Positions 12,469 through 24,691 are shown, numbered from the stretch's first letter. The stretch is 64,000 nucleotides of DNA from Massalongia carnosa (GCA_965645245.1 OZ287075.1:806001-870000); one strand, 5' to 3'. The notes: generated by a model from the letters alone, not told the origin. Numbers and translations: made by a program.

Positions 12469-15400
12469 TTACTGTTCGATCTCTCCCCAACCTCCCGTTT
12501 CGATATTTTCGTCATCGAGCTGACCTAGCATCCATATTCTAGTCGCGATTTTGTTATCAACAATAAATTTAATCAAAATATTATTTCCGATCCTAGTATT
12601 AAACAACATTTTTAAATAAATTGTGGTATCGATATTTTGTTTCATGTTTAGCATTTCATTTGAATAATGTATGCAATTCATCAATAAGTGTTCTGGCGTT
12701 TGACGTTCGTTGCAGCGCCCTGTGCATTTCGACGAATTATAATCTTTCAATCGGTGCAGATATGATCGAAAATAACCGTGTACGAATTTCATTTGCATAA
12801 TAGTCGCAAATATTAATTTCGAACAATTATTCGACAGATAATAAAAACTCGATTTGCCCGGCTGCATTTCGAATTTCTCATAGTATTTGCCTTTTGACTT
12901 GCATTGTTGCCATTGATTCGCCCATGTGGCTAACATATTTCGATTTATTTGACCCTTTACATAATCAAATGTTATTATCGAAGACTCGACTAGGATTCGA
13001 CTATGTCCCGCTTTTGCTGCTTTATCTGCAATTTCATTTTCGACGATTTTCGAATGACTAGGAATCCATTGTAGAACCACCAGATAATTGTTTCCGAATA
13101 AGCATTTCGAGAATTTTCGAATTTGTTTGGCGTAAGTATGAATTTCATTTATCGCGTTTATGCTATCGGAAAAAATCCAAATCGTTTTTTCCAAATTGAA
13201 GAGAATATTCGCAATTGTCAATTTATATGCCCATTTTATTGCTTGTAGTATCGCATACAGTTCAGCGTTTTTAACGCTTGACTGTTTGTTTAATTTCCAG
13301 CTTTTCGAAATCGTATGATGTTTGAGGAGACAATCTTTTTCGATAAAACGATTGAAGTTATTGGTGAAATTATTCCAATTTCGCGTAATTGGTGCAAATG
13401 TGACAGCGGAAGTTGAAAACTCGGTTTTTGATCCATCGGTATAGAGTAATATTTGCGATTTATCTGCGTTTATTGATTGAATTTTTGATAAAGTCGAATA
13501 ATAACTTGACTTTGCTGTTTCTTTTCATCTTTCGATTTGGAACTTAATTTTACAAGACGGCTTCCATGGTTTGATGAAATTATTTACCGATTCGAATTCA
13601 TCAGTTTTGTGAACTATATCCGAAACGGAATGAAGAATACGGATAAGCTGACTAGGATGAGGTTTACTCGATTTTTTCTCGTCTTCGTTCCATTCAGCAT
13701 ATCTGTTGTTCCATAAACTAGTGTCAAAACCCGATGTTTTCGAATTTCACCGAATAGGTACTGGGAATTCTTTGACAAATAGGATTATTTTCGGCAATCT
13801 TCAATAATCGAATTGCGTATTTTTGATTTTTCATCAACAATCGTAGCTTGGCTGGTAAAATATGCAATTCAATTTCCATCGCCTGAACAGGCGTGGTTTT
13901 GAATGTGCCTAAAATCTTTCGAATCATTCGATTTTGCAGATTCTGAAATAGCTTTTCATATTTCTTTTGACCGTTATACCAGATTTCTGAGCCATAGTCC
14001 GAAATAGGAATAATGCATGACAAATAGAGCTGTCTGCATGCAGTTGGCTTTAGTCCCCATTCAGACTTCATCAAAATTTGAATTGCGAAAAACGATCGAT
14101 TTGCAGAAGCAATTCGCGTTTCGACGTGTTTTTTGTAATTTAGTTTTCGGTCTAACCAGACTCCTAACCATTTGACTGAATTTTTCTGTTCTAGTATTGT
14201 CCCGTTTGGTAATTGCACTTTGTCTTTTGATGCATTTCTTGACTTTTCGAAGTGAATCAACTCAGATTTGTCGTCATCAATTTTGACATTATTCGTTGCG
14301 GCCCAATCAAAAGCTGTTTTGACGATAATTTCGATTTCTTTGCAATTCTGTTTGGCAGTTTTATTTCCGACATATATTGCAACATCGTCTACAAAGCTAG
14401 GTGAATGAGCATTGAATTTCATTCGTATTTTCGGAAATAAGTAACGAATATAAATCAGAAATAGAATTGGCGAAATTGGTGAACCTTGTGGAATTCCAGA
14501 TTCGATATAGTACGTTTTGCTTTGGTGTTTATCGAATATCAAATTGATCGATCGTTTTGTCATAAAATGCTTGACCCATTGAATAACTATGCGAGATAAA
14601 TGCAGCTTTTTCATGACATTTAACAATTGATTAATCGAAACAAAGTCCAATGCTCCTTTGACATCGAGTAATAGACATGATAAAACGTTTTTGTTTCGGT
14701 TTGCGATTTCGATATCAGGAATGACGTTTATTACCGCATCGATTGCAGAATGATTTTTGCGTCCGCCCATTTGTTCGGTATCTAACAAGCTCGAATTTTC
14801 GCCGAGGTAGGCTAGTCGATTAGCAACTATTTTCTCCGCAATTTTACCAAGACAATTCAGTAAGGTAATAATTCGATATGATTTTGGCAGCGAGTAGTCT
14901 GGTTTATTAGGTTTTTTTAAAACTGCACCGAGTCCTGTTCGCCAACATAACGGGTGATAACCGATTTGTATAAATTTAGAATAAATAGTAAAAAACACGT
15001 TTTTCAATGGTTGAAACGATTTTTGAATTATTGTGAAATTGATTGCATCAGGTCCACATGATTTCTTTGGATTAAACAAACTATTTGCAAATGTTAAATC
15101 AATAATAGATGTAGAGTTTCCTGAATGAGCCAAAAATGTATATAGATCAGGCGTATTTATCAAACTACATTTGTTTAATTTTAACCATTTGACTAGATTT
15201 TCTGATCGAATTGCATTTTGAATCTTCGAATTCCACCAGCTATGATGTGCATTGAAATCTCCACATATGACAAATTGATCAGTTGAAGTAGGTTGATATT
15301 TAACTAAAAGCCGATCGATTGTATATGTTTCTCGATCGTTTAGACTTTTTTCATTGTAAAGGTTAAAGATCTGCACTTTTCGAACTTCATCAATTGTAAT

Positions 15401-15718
15401 TCCGATAATTTGCAGATCAGTATCGTTTATAAGATCCGTTCTAGGCGTGCATTGTAATTTTGGATTGCATTTTGTAACGAATATAGCTACTCTCGGCCGA
15501 TAAGTCGCTATTTTCGGCATAATACATGTGAATGACGGATGGGAAATTGTTTTTTGATCTCGCGTCCATGGTTCCTGAAATAAAACAATATCAACACGAT
15601 TTAATACTGCATATTCCAGACACGAAATCATTGCATTCGTTGACTTTGCACAATTATGTTGAATAAATTTGACATTTTGTGTATTTTCGATATTTGTCAA
15701 CAAATTTTGTCCCGCCAT
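12469..15718 (-). pseudogene. B3 ORF2 (APE-RT-RNase H-CCHC), deleted and frameshifted
   Basis: ORFs 13724-15718 and 12469-13221; QHNC, QEPW, GDFNAHH, GIPQGSPISP, FVDD, IFSDS, WIPSH. Confidence 0.92.
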
Positions 15719-17301
15719 TAACCAAGCATTAATTCATCAATCGATTTTCTAGGATTTAGCGAGATAAACATTTCGCAACCTATATCGTTCGATTGATGAT
15801 TTTTGTTGCAATTGACACATTTCAGAATTGCATGTGCGCATGCGAATTTAGACTTGCATGTTGTGCATTCATGATTATGCGTTTCATGACTTTGTGCGCA
15901 TATATTACATTTTGCCGGACTTTTGCATTGATAATGCTTATGTCCAAATTTCTGACAATTAATACATTGCGTGTTTGGACGAACGGAAGCAAGTATTTCC
16001 GTGACACAATGTCTACCCGCGATATTCACGCCTCTTAACGCGTTTGACGCTTGATTTTGATTATTGAAAGTCAAAACTACCGACGACGTGACTTTGTTTT
16101 GACGATCCCGAGCAAGCCATCTTGGTAAATCGCATAGTTGCATATTCGAATTGTATTTTTCGATTTCGGTTTGCAAATATTGCATGTTATTATCGAATAA
16201 CGAGATATTTACTCCGTGTGCTATGACTTTAAACCAGGATTCGTCTTTTCGAATTCTTTGTGATTCGAAAATGTGTTCCCATGAAGATTTATTTTTCAAC
16301 AATTCTTCGGCATTGTTGTCAGGGCTAGTGGTGAGAACGATATTCTGACCGGTTTTGGACTTTTCAACAGTATTGACGATGATGTTTAAATTTGCGTTTT
16401 TTAATAGCGCGTTAATTTGATCACGCAACTTCATAGAGTCGATTTGAGCGTCAGGATTTTTCGGTGAAATCACGAGTCGTCTGGCCTTAATTGCATCAAA
16501 TCGATCGACTTTGTTCGAATTATGATTCGAACTTTTCCTTTGAATAGTAGTCCAATTTTCGGAGTTTTCGGTTGCTTTTCCAAGCATTTGACTACATGTA
16601 CCGGTTGTGCTAACATTGTTACCAGAGACCCCGGTGGCTACTTTGCGAATGGTTTGATTTTCGATAATTGAATTTTCATTCAATTTAACAACAGGTTTTT
16701 GGATTTTTGGACCATTCTGTAGTGGAGTCGTTTGTTGTTGTGACGTTTTTGAGGAAAGATGACTAGTTTGATCAAGTACTATGCCCATTTTATTGTTAAT
16801 CATATCTAAGGATGTTTGTGAATTGATTGATTTTTTCGAAATCAACGAATTAACGATGTCAATTACGATAGCCGTTTGTGGATTTTGGTCGAGTACAAAT
16901 GATTGCAATAATGCTTTTTTGGCTGACTTTAGAAGCTCAATTGAATTTGCCCGATTGATCGCTTCTTGGCTATCTCTCGAATGTTCGTCAAATGTGCGTC
17001 TTTTATTTCGTTTGATTGGTGGGCTTGATCCAATATTTAAGTTCAATGAAGACATCGGCAAGATAGTGGAAAATGGACCCGATGGGAATTTCGTTGCCTT
17101 TGGTGTCGGTGTTGACGGGGCTGATGCATATTCGCGAGTTTGATCCATAGGTTCAAGACGGGGAGAGCTCCCTATCAACGCCACCGGAGATGGTCCGGGG
17201 GAGTGTCGGGGGGGGGCCGGGTAGGGGGTCGATAGGGGGGCGGGACCGGCTGGGGGTGGTGTCCTTGGTATATTCCGGTGGTTTATTACCGCGTCAAACA
17301 T
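15718..17301 (-). CDS. B3 ORF1, gag-like nucleic-acid-binding protein with zinc knuckles
   Basis: Open frame. The ATG at 17301 aligns with the MFN start of the other copies. CINCQKFGHKHYQC plus further Cys/His motifs. Confidence 0.88.
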   Translation of the reverse strand: MFDAVINHRNIPRTPPPAGPAPLSTPYPAPPRHSPGPSPVALIGSSPRLEPMDQTREYASAPSTPTPKATKFPSGPFSTILPMSSLNLNIGSSPPIKRNKRRTFDEHSRDSQEAINRANSIELLKSAKKALLQSFVLDQNPQTAIVIDIVNSLISKKSINSQTSLDMINNKMGIVLDQTSHLSSKTSQQQTTPLQNGPKIQKPVVKLNENSIIENQTIRKVATGVSGNNVSTTGTCSQMLGKATENSENWTTIQRKSSNHNSNKVDRFDAIKARRLVISPKNPDAQIDSMKLRDQINALLKNANLNIIVNTVEKSKTGQNIVLTTSPDNNAEELLKNKSSWEHIFESQRIRKDESWFKVIAHGVNISLFDNNMQYLQTEIEKYNSNMQLCDLPRWLARDRQNKVTSSVVLTFNNQNQASNALRGVNIAGRHCVTEILASVRPNTQCINCQKFGHKHYQCKSPAKCNICAQSHETHNHECTTCKSKFACAHAILKCVNCNKNHQSNDIGCEMFISLNPRKSIDELMLG

Positions 17302-18119
17302 GATTTTATAAATAAATCGATGTTGCCTTTGCTTTATCCCCTTTATCGCCACCAAATAGTTTATCCTGACGTTCCCCGGACGTAATAGTCAGAATAGAGA
17401 GTTTTTACGCCGATTTACTAGTCTAAAGACTCTTGCTTTCCAAACCCTATTTATTTGACAATAACAAGTCAAATAAATCCTAGTCGAGTTAAAATAGACC
17501 GTTCCTCGCTTAGGCTAAGAATGATAAAATAGAGTTGACATCTCCTTCGTGAAGTCTCTATCCCAGTTTTCGTTCATCACACTGGTGCGTTTTACGGCTC
17601 AAGACTATTGATGAATTCTACGATTGGGGTGAACGACGTCCCTTTCGCCCAGATCAAACCCAGTTTACTCCTTAAGCATATATCAAGGGTGAGTCTAGCC
17701 GTAGCCCATGCGCCGGCGAACCGACGGGGTCTCCTTACGAGCGAGATAGACATTCCCTGCTCTATATACACCGACATGCGCATACTGTCCTCTCGGGCTA
17801 TACAGACGGTCACCGTACGGTGGCCGCCATTGCATACCACGCCTCACGGGTTTTTTACGCCCACTTCGCGTTATTCATAAAGGTCTCCCGTTTATGAACC
17901 GACCATGTCTCGCAGGGATTTCGACAACTATACTCTTGACCAGGCAGTATATTATCGATTTTCCGTCCCTACTAACCAAAACAAGTCGAGGACAACTTGG
18001 AGGGGTGCTCGTTTGAAATTCGTCTATTAGCTCAGGGCCTAGACTGTTATCAATTAACGGGTTCCTCGTATATTGCCCTCTTCTTGTCCCAAGGGTGTCC
18101 TATTTGATGACTAGGTTGC

Positions 18120-18633
18120 TTTCAGGGCATAGAAGGAATAATGGCTAAGCTAACTAAGCGGGGCTTAGTTCTACGGCTAGGCTTAGTCATATGGAAAGCA
18201 GTTGGTCTGCGTTACGCGGTTGGTATCTACTGCCGAGAGTATAGTACGAGCGATCGAGATATACGAGGATGCTCGTACGACTAGTGAGCGGATGGTACGA
18301 TACAGTCAGCACAGTCTCCACGATACAGTCAGCACAGTGTCTACGATACAGTCAGCACAGTGTCCACGATGCAGTCAGCAGAGTGTTTAGCCGGCTTATC
18401 CGGTAGGAGTAATGGCGGTCAAGATAGTTACAGTATCAAGGGCCCAGAGGGTCAAGGGCTTCGGTCCGGGTATATAAGGAGGCTGCTCGAGGGAGATGCA
18501 ATCTTCAACGATTAGTCTTCCGCTTTACCTACATACTTCTTTTAGTATATTAGTATAGCAAATCATTAGTGTCTTCACATTGTCACATATCCCTAGGCCT
18601 GGTGTCTGCTAATCGCCAGGTCTGACTCTTACA
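18120..18633 (+). repeat. Gypsy-2 5' LTR (terminal TG mutated to TT)
   Basis: Repeat of 24178-24691; TATATAA at 18471-18477; internal ~23-bp tandem units. Confidence 0.95.
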
Positions 18634-18710
18634 ATTCTAATCGTTCTATCCTTTAAGGAGTGACGATCCGTTGACACATTTATACACCTTCTATACACTA
18701 TCGTCCCGCC

Positions 18711-19952
18711 ATGTCCGCGCAAGAAGTTGTCTCTGATACCATGATGCCGGAGGAACGGATCGAAGAACTTTCGGATTCTGAGGGCCCTGGAAGAGGAGCC
18801 CTGACCCCAATGGAAAAAGTAGTCGAACCCATTCAACCCCTGACGTTGGACGAACAGATAGCGCAAGCTGAGCGCAGGCGTAGCGAACTTAAGAAGGAAG
18901 TACGTCTGAGGAATTTGAAAGCCAGTATTGAGCAACTGCAAGAACAAACTCAAAAGCCTTCGAAACCTCCAAACCCTACCGGATCATCCAAGGAACCGGT
19001 AATGAGAGGAGCCATTAACCTTCGTTCTGACGACGATGTAGAGATGACGAGTAGCCAATCAGTACCTGTTGTTGTTTACAGGAGACGCGCTGCTAGACCC
19101 GAGAAAGTCAGTCCCTATCATGGAAAAACGGTCAAGGAACATCTGGATTATGAGCGGAACTGTAGAGTGGCGTTTCGCGTGGCAAAAGAGGACTTCCCAG
19201 ATGATGAATCCAAGATCGCTTTCGCAATGCAATCGCTGGAAGGGGAGCCTAAGGAAGCTTGGCATCGATATGAGGCAGACGGTGAAATGCACAATTATAC
19301 CTTCGAAGAGTACTTGAAATTCTTGTTAAATATTGTCGAGGACCCAGTTAATCGAGGTCTGCATATGGCCCAATTATTTGCCGAATCCAAGCAAGGAGAG
19401 AAGCAAACGGTAAGAGCTTTCGAGGCGCACTTGAGTAGCCTCGAGGACCAGTTGCCCTCCTATACCGAAGAACAAAGAGCGACTCATCTGTTTACTAAGT
19501 TGCGGCCGTCTATTAGAGCAGCTATAGGCAACTATCAGAATATTCCAAGGACTAGAGAAGCTCTGGTGACTCTGGCCAGTAGGCTGGAAAACAATCAGAA
19601 AAGAGAAAACGATGTCTTAACGACGTCGAAGCATGAGCGTCCAAATGGTTCTCACCCCCCTCGCACTAAATCACATAGAGATAAGAGAAACGAGGAGATA
19701 AAGGACACTGACAAACCAAAACCTACGAAAGACGGTAAAACGGGTCAGAAAAGAAAGCATACTGAGACAAAGGAAAGTTCCGACGAGGTGACATGTTATC
19801 GCTGCGGAGAACAGGGTCACTACGCCAACAAGTGTCCCAACCCTCCTAAAGACGACAAGGAGCCGATGCACGGTGTGAACGCCGTCGCAAAGTCGGGAAA
19901 AGCCAAACCTCCACGAAAAGCTCGCCAGCCGATAGAGGGAAAAGATCAGTAG
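18711..19952 (+). CDS. gag: Gypsy-2 gag
   Basis: Intact 413-aa ORF with CYRCGEQGHYANKC zinc knuckle and QGEKQTV..F motif. Confidence 0.92.
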   Translation: MSAQEVVSDTMMPEERIEELSDSEGPGRGALTPMEKVVEPIQPLTLDEQIAQAERRRSELKKEVRLRNLKASIEQLQEQTQKPSKPPNPTGSSKEPVMRGAINLRSDDDVEMTSSQSVPVVVYRRRAARPEKVSPYHGKTVKEHLDYERNCRVAFRVAKEDFPDDESKIAFAMQSLEGEPKEAWHRYEADGEMHNYTFEEYLKFLLNIVEDPVNRGLHMAQLFAESKQGEKQTVRAFEAHLSSLEDQLPSYTEEQRATHLFTKLRPSIRAAIGNYQNIPRTREALVTLASRLENNQKRENDVLTTSKHERPNGSHPPRTKSHRDKRNEEIKDTDKPKPTKDGKTGQKRKHTETKESSDEVTCYRCGEQGHYANKCPNPPKDDKEPMHGVNAVAKSGKAKPPRKARQPIEGKDQ

Positions 19953-22900
19953 AAAGCGAGCCAAGCCTAATTCCTAAGGGGACTATATTGAGCGGAGGCC
20001 AAAAATACCCGGCGACAGTGTTGCTTGATGGAGCAGCCGAGATTAATGTGATTAATCAGGGATTCGCCGTCGCTTCAGATCTTAGACCTATTGAAAGCGA
20101 ACTACCTGCTCCTCAATTCATGGATGGTAAAGAGGTTTACTGCTATGGAGCTTATGAGGTAGTAATGGCTCTCGAGGATACTTGGGAACGACAGCGCACC
20201 TTTACCAGCGTGTTTTACGCAATTGACAAACAGGGCCCTGACTTGGTGTTGGGTCTCCCTGGTCTCAAACAGCTGGGTATCGTAATCGATTATGGAGCGA
20301 AGCGCTGGCGTTATGGCTTTCAGTCTGATATGTTCGAGTTGTGCAAGCCTAAACAGTTTGCGAAGACCCTGGATTCCGGGGCACCACTCTATGCTATAGT
20401 GGCTCAACCCATTGCACCTTCTTCCGAAAGACAACCTGTTAATGTTGGCGCTGTTGATAAGAACAACAGCCGGAACACCAACGAAACGCAGGGGATACCT
20501 GTGGAATTTGCTGAATTCCAGGATGTTTTTTCTAAGGACAGAGCCAATCAATTAGCTACGCACAAGGACTGTGACCACGCTATCGATTAAGAAGGCGATC
20601 CACCTTATGGTCCTTTATATAACTTATCGAATACGGAGCTTAAGACTCTTCGGGAATATCTTGACGACGCCCTGGCGAAGGGTTGGATCCGGCACTCCAC
20701 CAGTTCTGCAGGTGCACCAATACTATTTGTGCCTTGGAAGGACGGTACTCTGCGCCTCTGCGTTGACTATCGAGGATTGAATAAGGTGACCAAAAAGAAT
20801 CGTCATCCGCTCCCTCTTATCACGCAGATACTGGATCAGTTAAACGGGTGCTCCTATTTTACATAAATGGATCTGCGAGATGCTTATCATCGTCTCCGAA
20901 TCCGCAAGGGCGACGAGTGGAAGACGGCATTTCGATCCCGTTACGGACACTACGAGTATATGGTTATGCCTTTTGGATTAGCCAACGCCCCTGCAACTTT
21001 TCAAGCTTACATCAATAAAGCTTTATCTGGGATCGTGGATGTTTTCTGCGTAGTCTATCTGGACGATATATTGGTATTTTCCAAAGATAGAACCAGCCAT
21101 GTGGAGCATGTTAAAGAGGTGTTACGTCGTCTAAGGAAACACGATCTCTATGCAAATCTTAAAAAGTGCGAGTTCTTTGCTCCGGCCGTGGAATATCTAG
21201 GGTTTATCATTAGCAGCGATGGTATCTCCATGGATCCACGCCGGATTGAAACCGTGCGGGATTGGCCTGCACTTCAGTCCTTTCGAGACATTCAGGTCTT
21301 TCTAGGATTCGCCAATTTCTATCGACGTTTCATACGTCATTATTATCAAATCACTAGGCCATTGACTGACATGCTGAAAGGCATGTAGGCTGGGATAAAA
21401 AGGGGTACTTTTTATCTTACGGCCGAAGGAGCGGAAGCGTTTAGCAAGATGAAAGAAGCCTTTCAGGGCGCGCCCATCTTGGTTCACTTCGATCCAGAAC
21501 TGCTCATTCGCCTAGAGACCGATGCATCGGATTTCGGAATCTCTGGCATTATCTCCCAGTTGCAGAAGGATGGGCAATGGCATCCCGTCGCTTTCTACTC
21601 GCGGAAGATGATACCGGCCGAGCGCAACTATGAAACCCATGATCAAGAGTTGCTGGCCATTGTGATGTGTTTTAAACACTGGAGGCATTACCTGGAGGGT
21701 AGCCTGCACCCCGTTGAGGTCCTGACAGACTATAACAATTTGAGGGGTTTTATGAATATTAAGGTATTGAGTGGTCGGCAAGCGCGATGGGCTATGAAGT
21801 TAGCCGCTTATGATTTCGTAATCATGCATCGCTCGGGAAAGACCAATCCTGCCGATGCACCGTCTAGGCGCCCTGATTATCAGAGCATCAACACCGAGGT
21901 GACGAGATTGTTGCCTACTCTTCAAAGGAAGCTGAGCAAAATAGATTCCTTATGCGTAGGTTATACGCCGGGAATTCGTACGGTGCTTGCCGCACTTAGG
22001 TATGATCTTCGCTCAAAGATAGCTTCGTCCGGGAGTGAACCCCTGGAGAATTTAGAGGGTGAAACCTCTAAATCAATTACTTCTCTTGACGAAGAGAGTG
22101 ATACTTTTGAAGTCGGCTTGACGCAATGTATTCCCCGGGCTGTAGCTGTTGCCTTATCAGATGAAGAAAAGCCTTTGGAAAGTGCTTCCAAGTCAGTGCT
22201 TGAACTCATCAAGGCGCTACAGGGGAAAGACGCATTCGTGTCTAGCAGGCGAGAGACCGTTGCTAAGTCTTTGAAGCGCAAGGGTGGTCGCTCCCCCGAA
22301 GCAATTTGGACTATAGATAGCAATGATCTTCTCAATCATCGTGGCAGAATTTACGTGCCCGATGAAGAATCTATTCGTGCGGAGCTGTTGCGGCGTCATC
22401 ATGACGACGAGCTCGCGGGTCATTTTGGTGCGGAGAAAACAGCTGAGTTGCTTACCCGCAAATACTATTGGAAAGGACTTAACAAGACTGTGAAGAAGTA
22501 CACGGAATCCTGCGACATTTTTCAAAGGACGAAGGCGCCTAGGCACCGACCTTACGGGGTTATGCAATCGCTTCCACGTCCTTCCGGTCCTTGGAAAGAA
22601 ATCACTATGGATTTCATAACTGGGTTTCCACCTAGCAAGCGTTTCGGCCGGGTTTATGACTCGTGCCTAGTAATTGTGGATAGATATACCAAAATGGCGC
22701 TATACATCCCGGTTACGAAAAAAATCAATGCAGTGGACCTGGCAGAAATTCTGTTTGAATCGGTAGTATTACAGTTCGGCGCTCCTGAGGGCATAGTATC
22801 GGATAGAGGGTCGGTCTTTACCAGTGAGTACTGGTCAGAAATTTGTTTTCATTTAAAGACGAAACGCCGGCTTAGCACGGCCTTTCACCCTCAAACTGAT

Positions 22901-23697
22901 GGCCAAACCGAACGACAAAACCAGACCCTTGAACACTATTTGAGAGTTTACTGCACTGACAATCAATCCAACTGGGTGGCACTATTGCCCCTAGCACAAT
23001 TTGTCTACCAAGTCAGTTATCAAAGTACGCTTGGGTGCAGCCCCTTTTATTGTATGTACGGTTATAACCCGGAGATTCGCTACGAAGTCGGGGACGACAT
23101 CGCTGTGGAGAGGGTGCCCGCTGCGAAAGAACGAGTAAAGCAATTACACGAGTTCAGATATTCTTTAGAGGCACGCTGGAAAAGCGTATCCGAAGCGCAG
23201 GCCAAGTACTACAACAGGAAACATCTTGAGAAAGATTTCAATGAAGGGGACTTGGTAATGTTATCTGCCAAGAATCTAAAACAAAAAAGGCCTAGTAAGA
23301 AACTTTCACATAAGTTTTTAGGTCCTTTTCGCATTCTAGAAGCAGTGGGCAAGCAGGCGTATCGTCTTGCTCTTCCTACGACTTATAGAATTCACCCGGT
23401 CTTTCATGTCTCTTACCTAGAACCTTACAAGCGAAGAGATGGTCAAGAGCATATACCGTTTCTACCCCCACCTGAAATTATTAACGATGAACAGGAATGG
23501 GAAGTGGAAGAAATTATAGGTAGAAGGTCTGAGAAAGGGAAATATTCTATAAGGTAAAATGGGTAAGATACCCTGAAGAATATGATGAGTGGGTACCAGA
23601 GAAAGATCTGGATAGAGCCTTAGAACTGAAGCAGGATTTCGATGCAAAGCCGAAAGCAAAGCGCAGGCGAATCAAGAAACTACAGGTTACTCGCTGA
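19895..23697 (+). pseudogene. pol: Gypsy-2 pol with three in-frame stops (20588, 20864, 21386) and a frameshift in the chromodomain (~23545)
   Basis: LLDGAAE, YLDD, ETDASD, GHFG, SDRGSVF, DGQTER, GPF, EWEVEEI..KVKW. Confidence 0.93.
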
Positions 23698-24177
23698 ATC
23701 CAGCGAAACCCTTCTTATTCGCCATCTCATCACCATCGGAACCTTCTGCTTCCTCGTCCGACACCTCGTCATCACCATCAGTAGCTTCTACTTCCTCGTC
23801 CGAAACCTCCTCATCACCCTTTTCTTCCTCGAGACTCTCGCAAGAGGAGCTTTCGGAGACAGCAGTCTCGTACTCCTCACCGTCTTCACCTAAACCAACA
23901 AACCACCAACGCTAGCGTTACCGAGCTCGGATCTCTGCTGATAATCGCCATCGTCCCCTTCTCCGCTACTTCTAGCGCTTGGAGTGGCATCGGCGACCCA
24001 GCATTACCGCGAAGCTAGTGATATTTACATCTACCTACGTCAAGCGCCAGGTATTCGCGCTTTCTACACAACAAACTTGCTATCTACGCGACGTCTTCTA
24101 TCACGTCCCTACACACTCCTTTCCGCGTTCGAGTACTGTACGTGCTGGAGGACCAGCACTATAGGAGAGGAGGCAAT

Positions 24178-24691
24178 TGTCAGGGCATAGAAGCAATAAG
24201 GGCTAAGCTAACTAAGCGGGGCTTAGTTCTACGGCTAGGCTTAGTCATATGGAAAGCAGTTGGTCTGCGTTACGCGGTTGGTATCTACTGCCGAGAGTAT
24301 AGTACGAGCGATCGAGATATACGAGGATGCTCGTACGACTAGTGAGCGGATGGTACGATATAGTCAGCACAGTCTCCACGATACAGTCAGCACAGTGTCT
24401 CCGATACAGTCAGCACAGTGTCCACGATGCAGTCAGCAGAGTGTTTAGCCGGCTTATCCGGTAGGAGTAATGGCGGTCAAGATAGTTACAGTATCAAGGG
24501 CCCAGAGGGTTAAGGGCTTCGGTCCGGGTATATAAGAAGGCTGCTCGAGGGAGATGCAATCTTCAACGATTAGTCTTCCGCTTTACCTACATACTTCTTT
24601 TAGTATATTAGTATAGCAAATCATTAGTGTCTTCACATTGTCACATATCCCTAGGCCTGGTGTCTGCTAATCGCCAGGTCTGACTCTTACA
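24178..24691 (+). repeat. Gypsy-2 3' LTR
   Basis: TGTCA...TTACA; near-identical to 18120-18633. Confidence 0.95.

Larger units (their letters stand above)
12241..17515 (-). mobile_element. Near full-length family B (B3) LINE with a 750-bp internal deletion
   Basis: Poly(T) at 12241, ORF2 fragments, intact ORF1. The 5' UTR matches the other copies up to CCTCGCTTAGGC at 17515. Confidence 0.93.
18120..24691 (+). mobile_element. Full-length Ty3/Gypsy chromovirus (Gypsy-2)
   Basis: 514-bp LTRs. TSD GTTGC at 18115-18119 and 24692-24696. PPT AGGAGAGGAGG before 24178. gag-PR-RT-RH-INT-chromodomain order. Confidence 0.96.

Noticed and set aside
18202..18390. Recurrent 61-62-aa ORF (also 5119-5304 and 24260-24448)
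   Set aside because: Lies in LTR tandem repeats, has a non-ATG start, and is broken in the copy at 50699.
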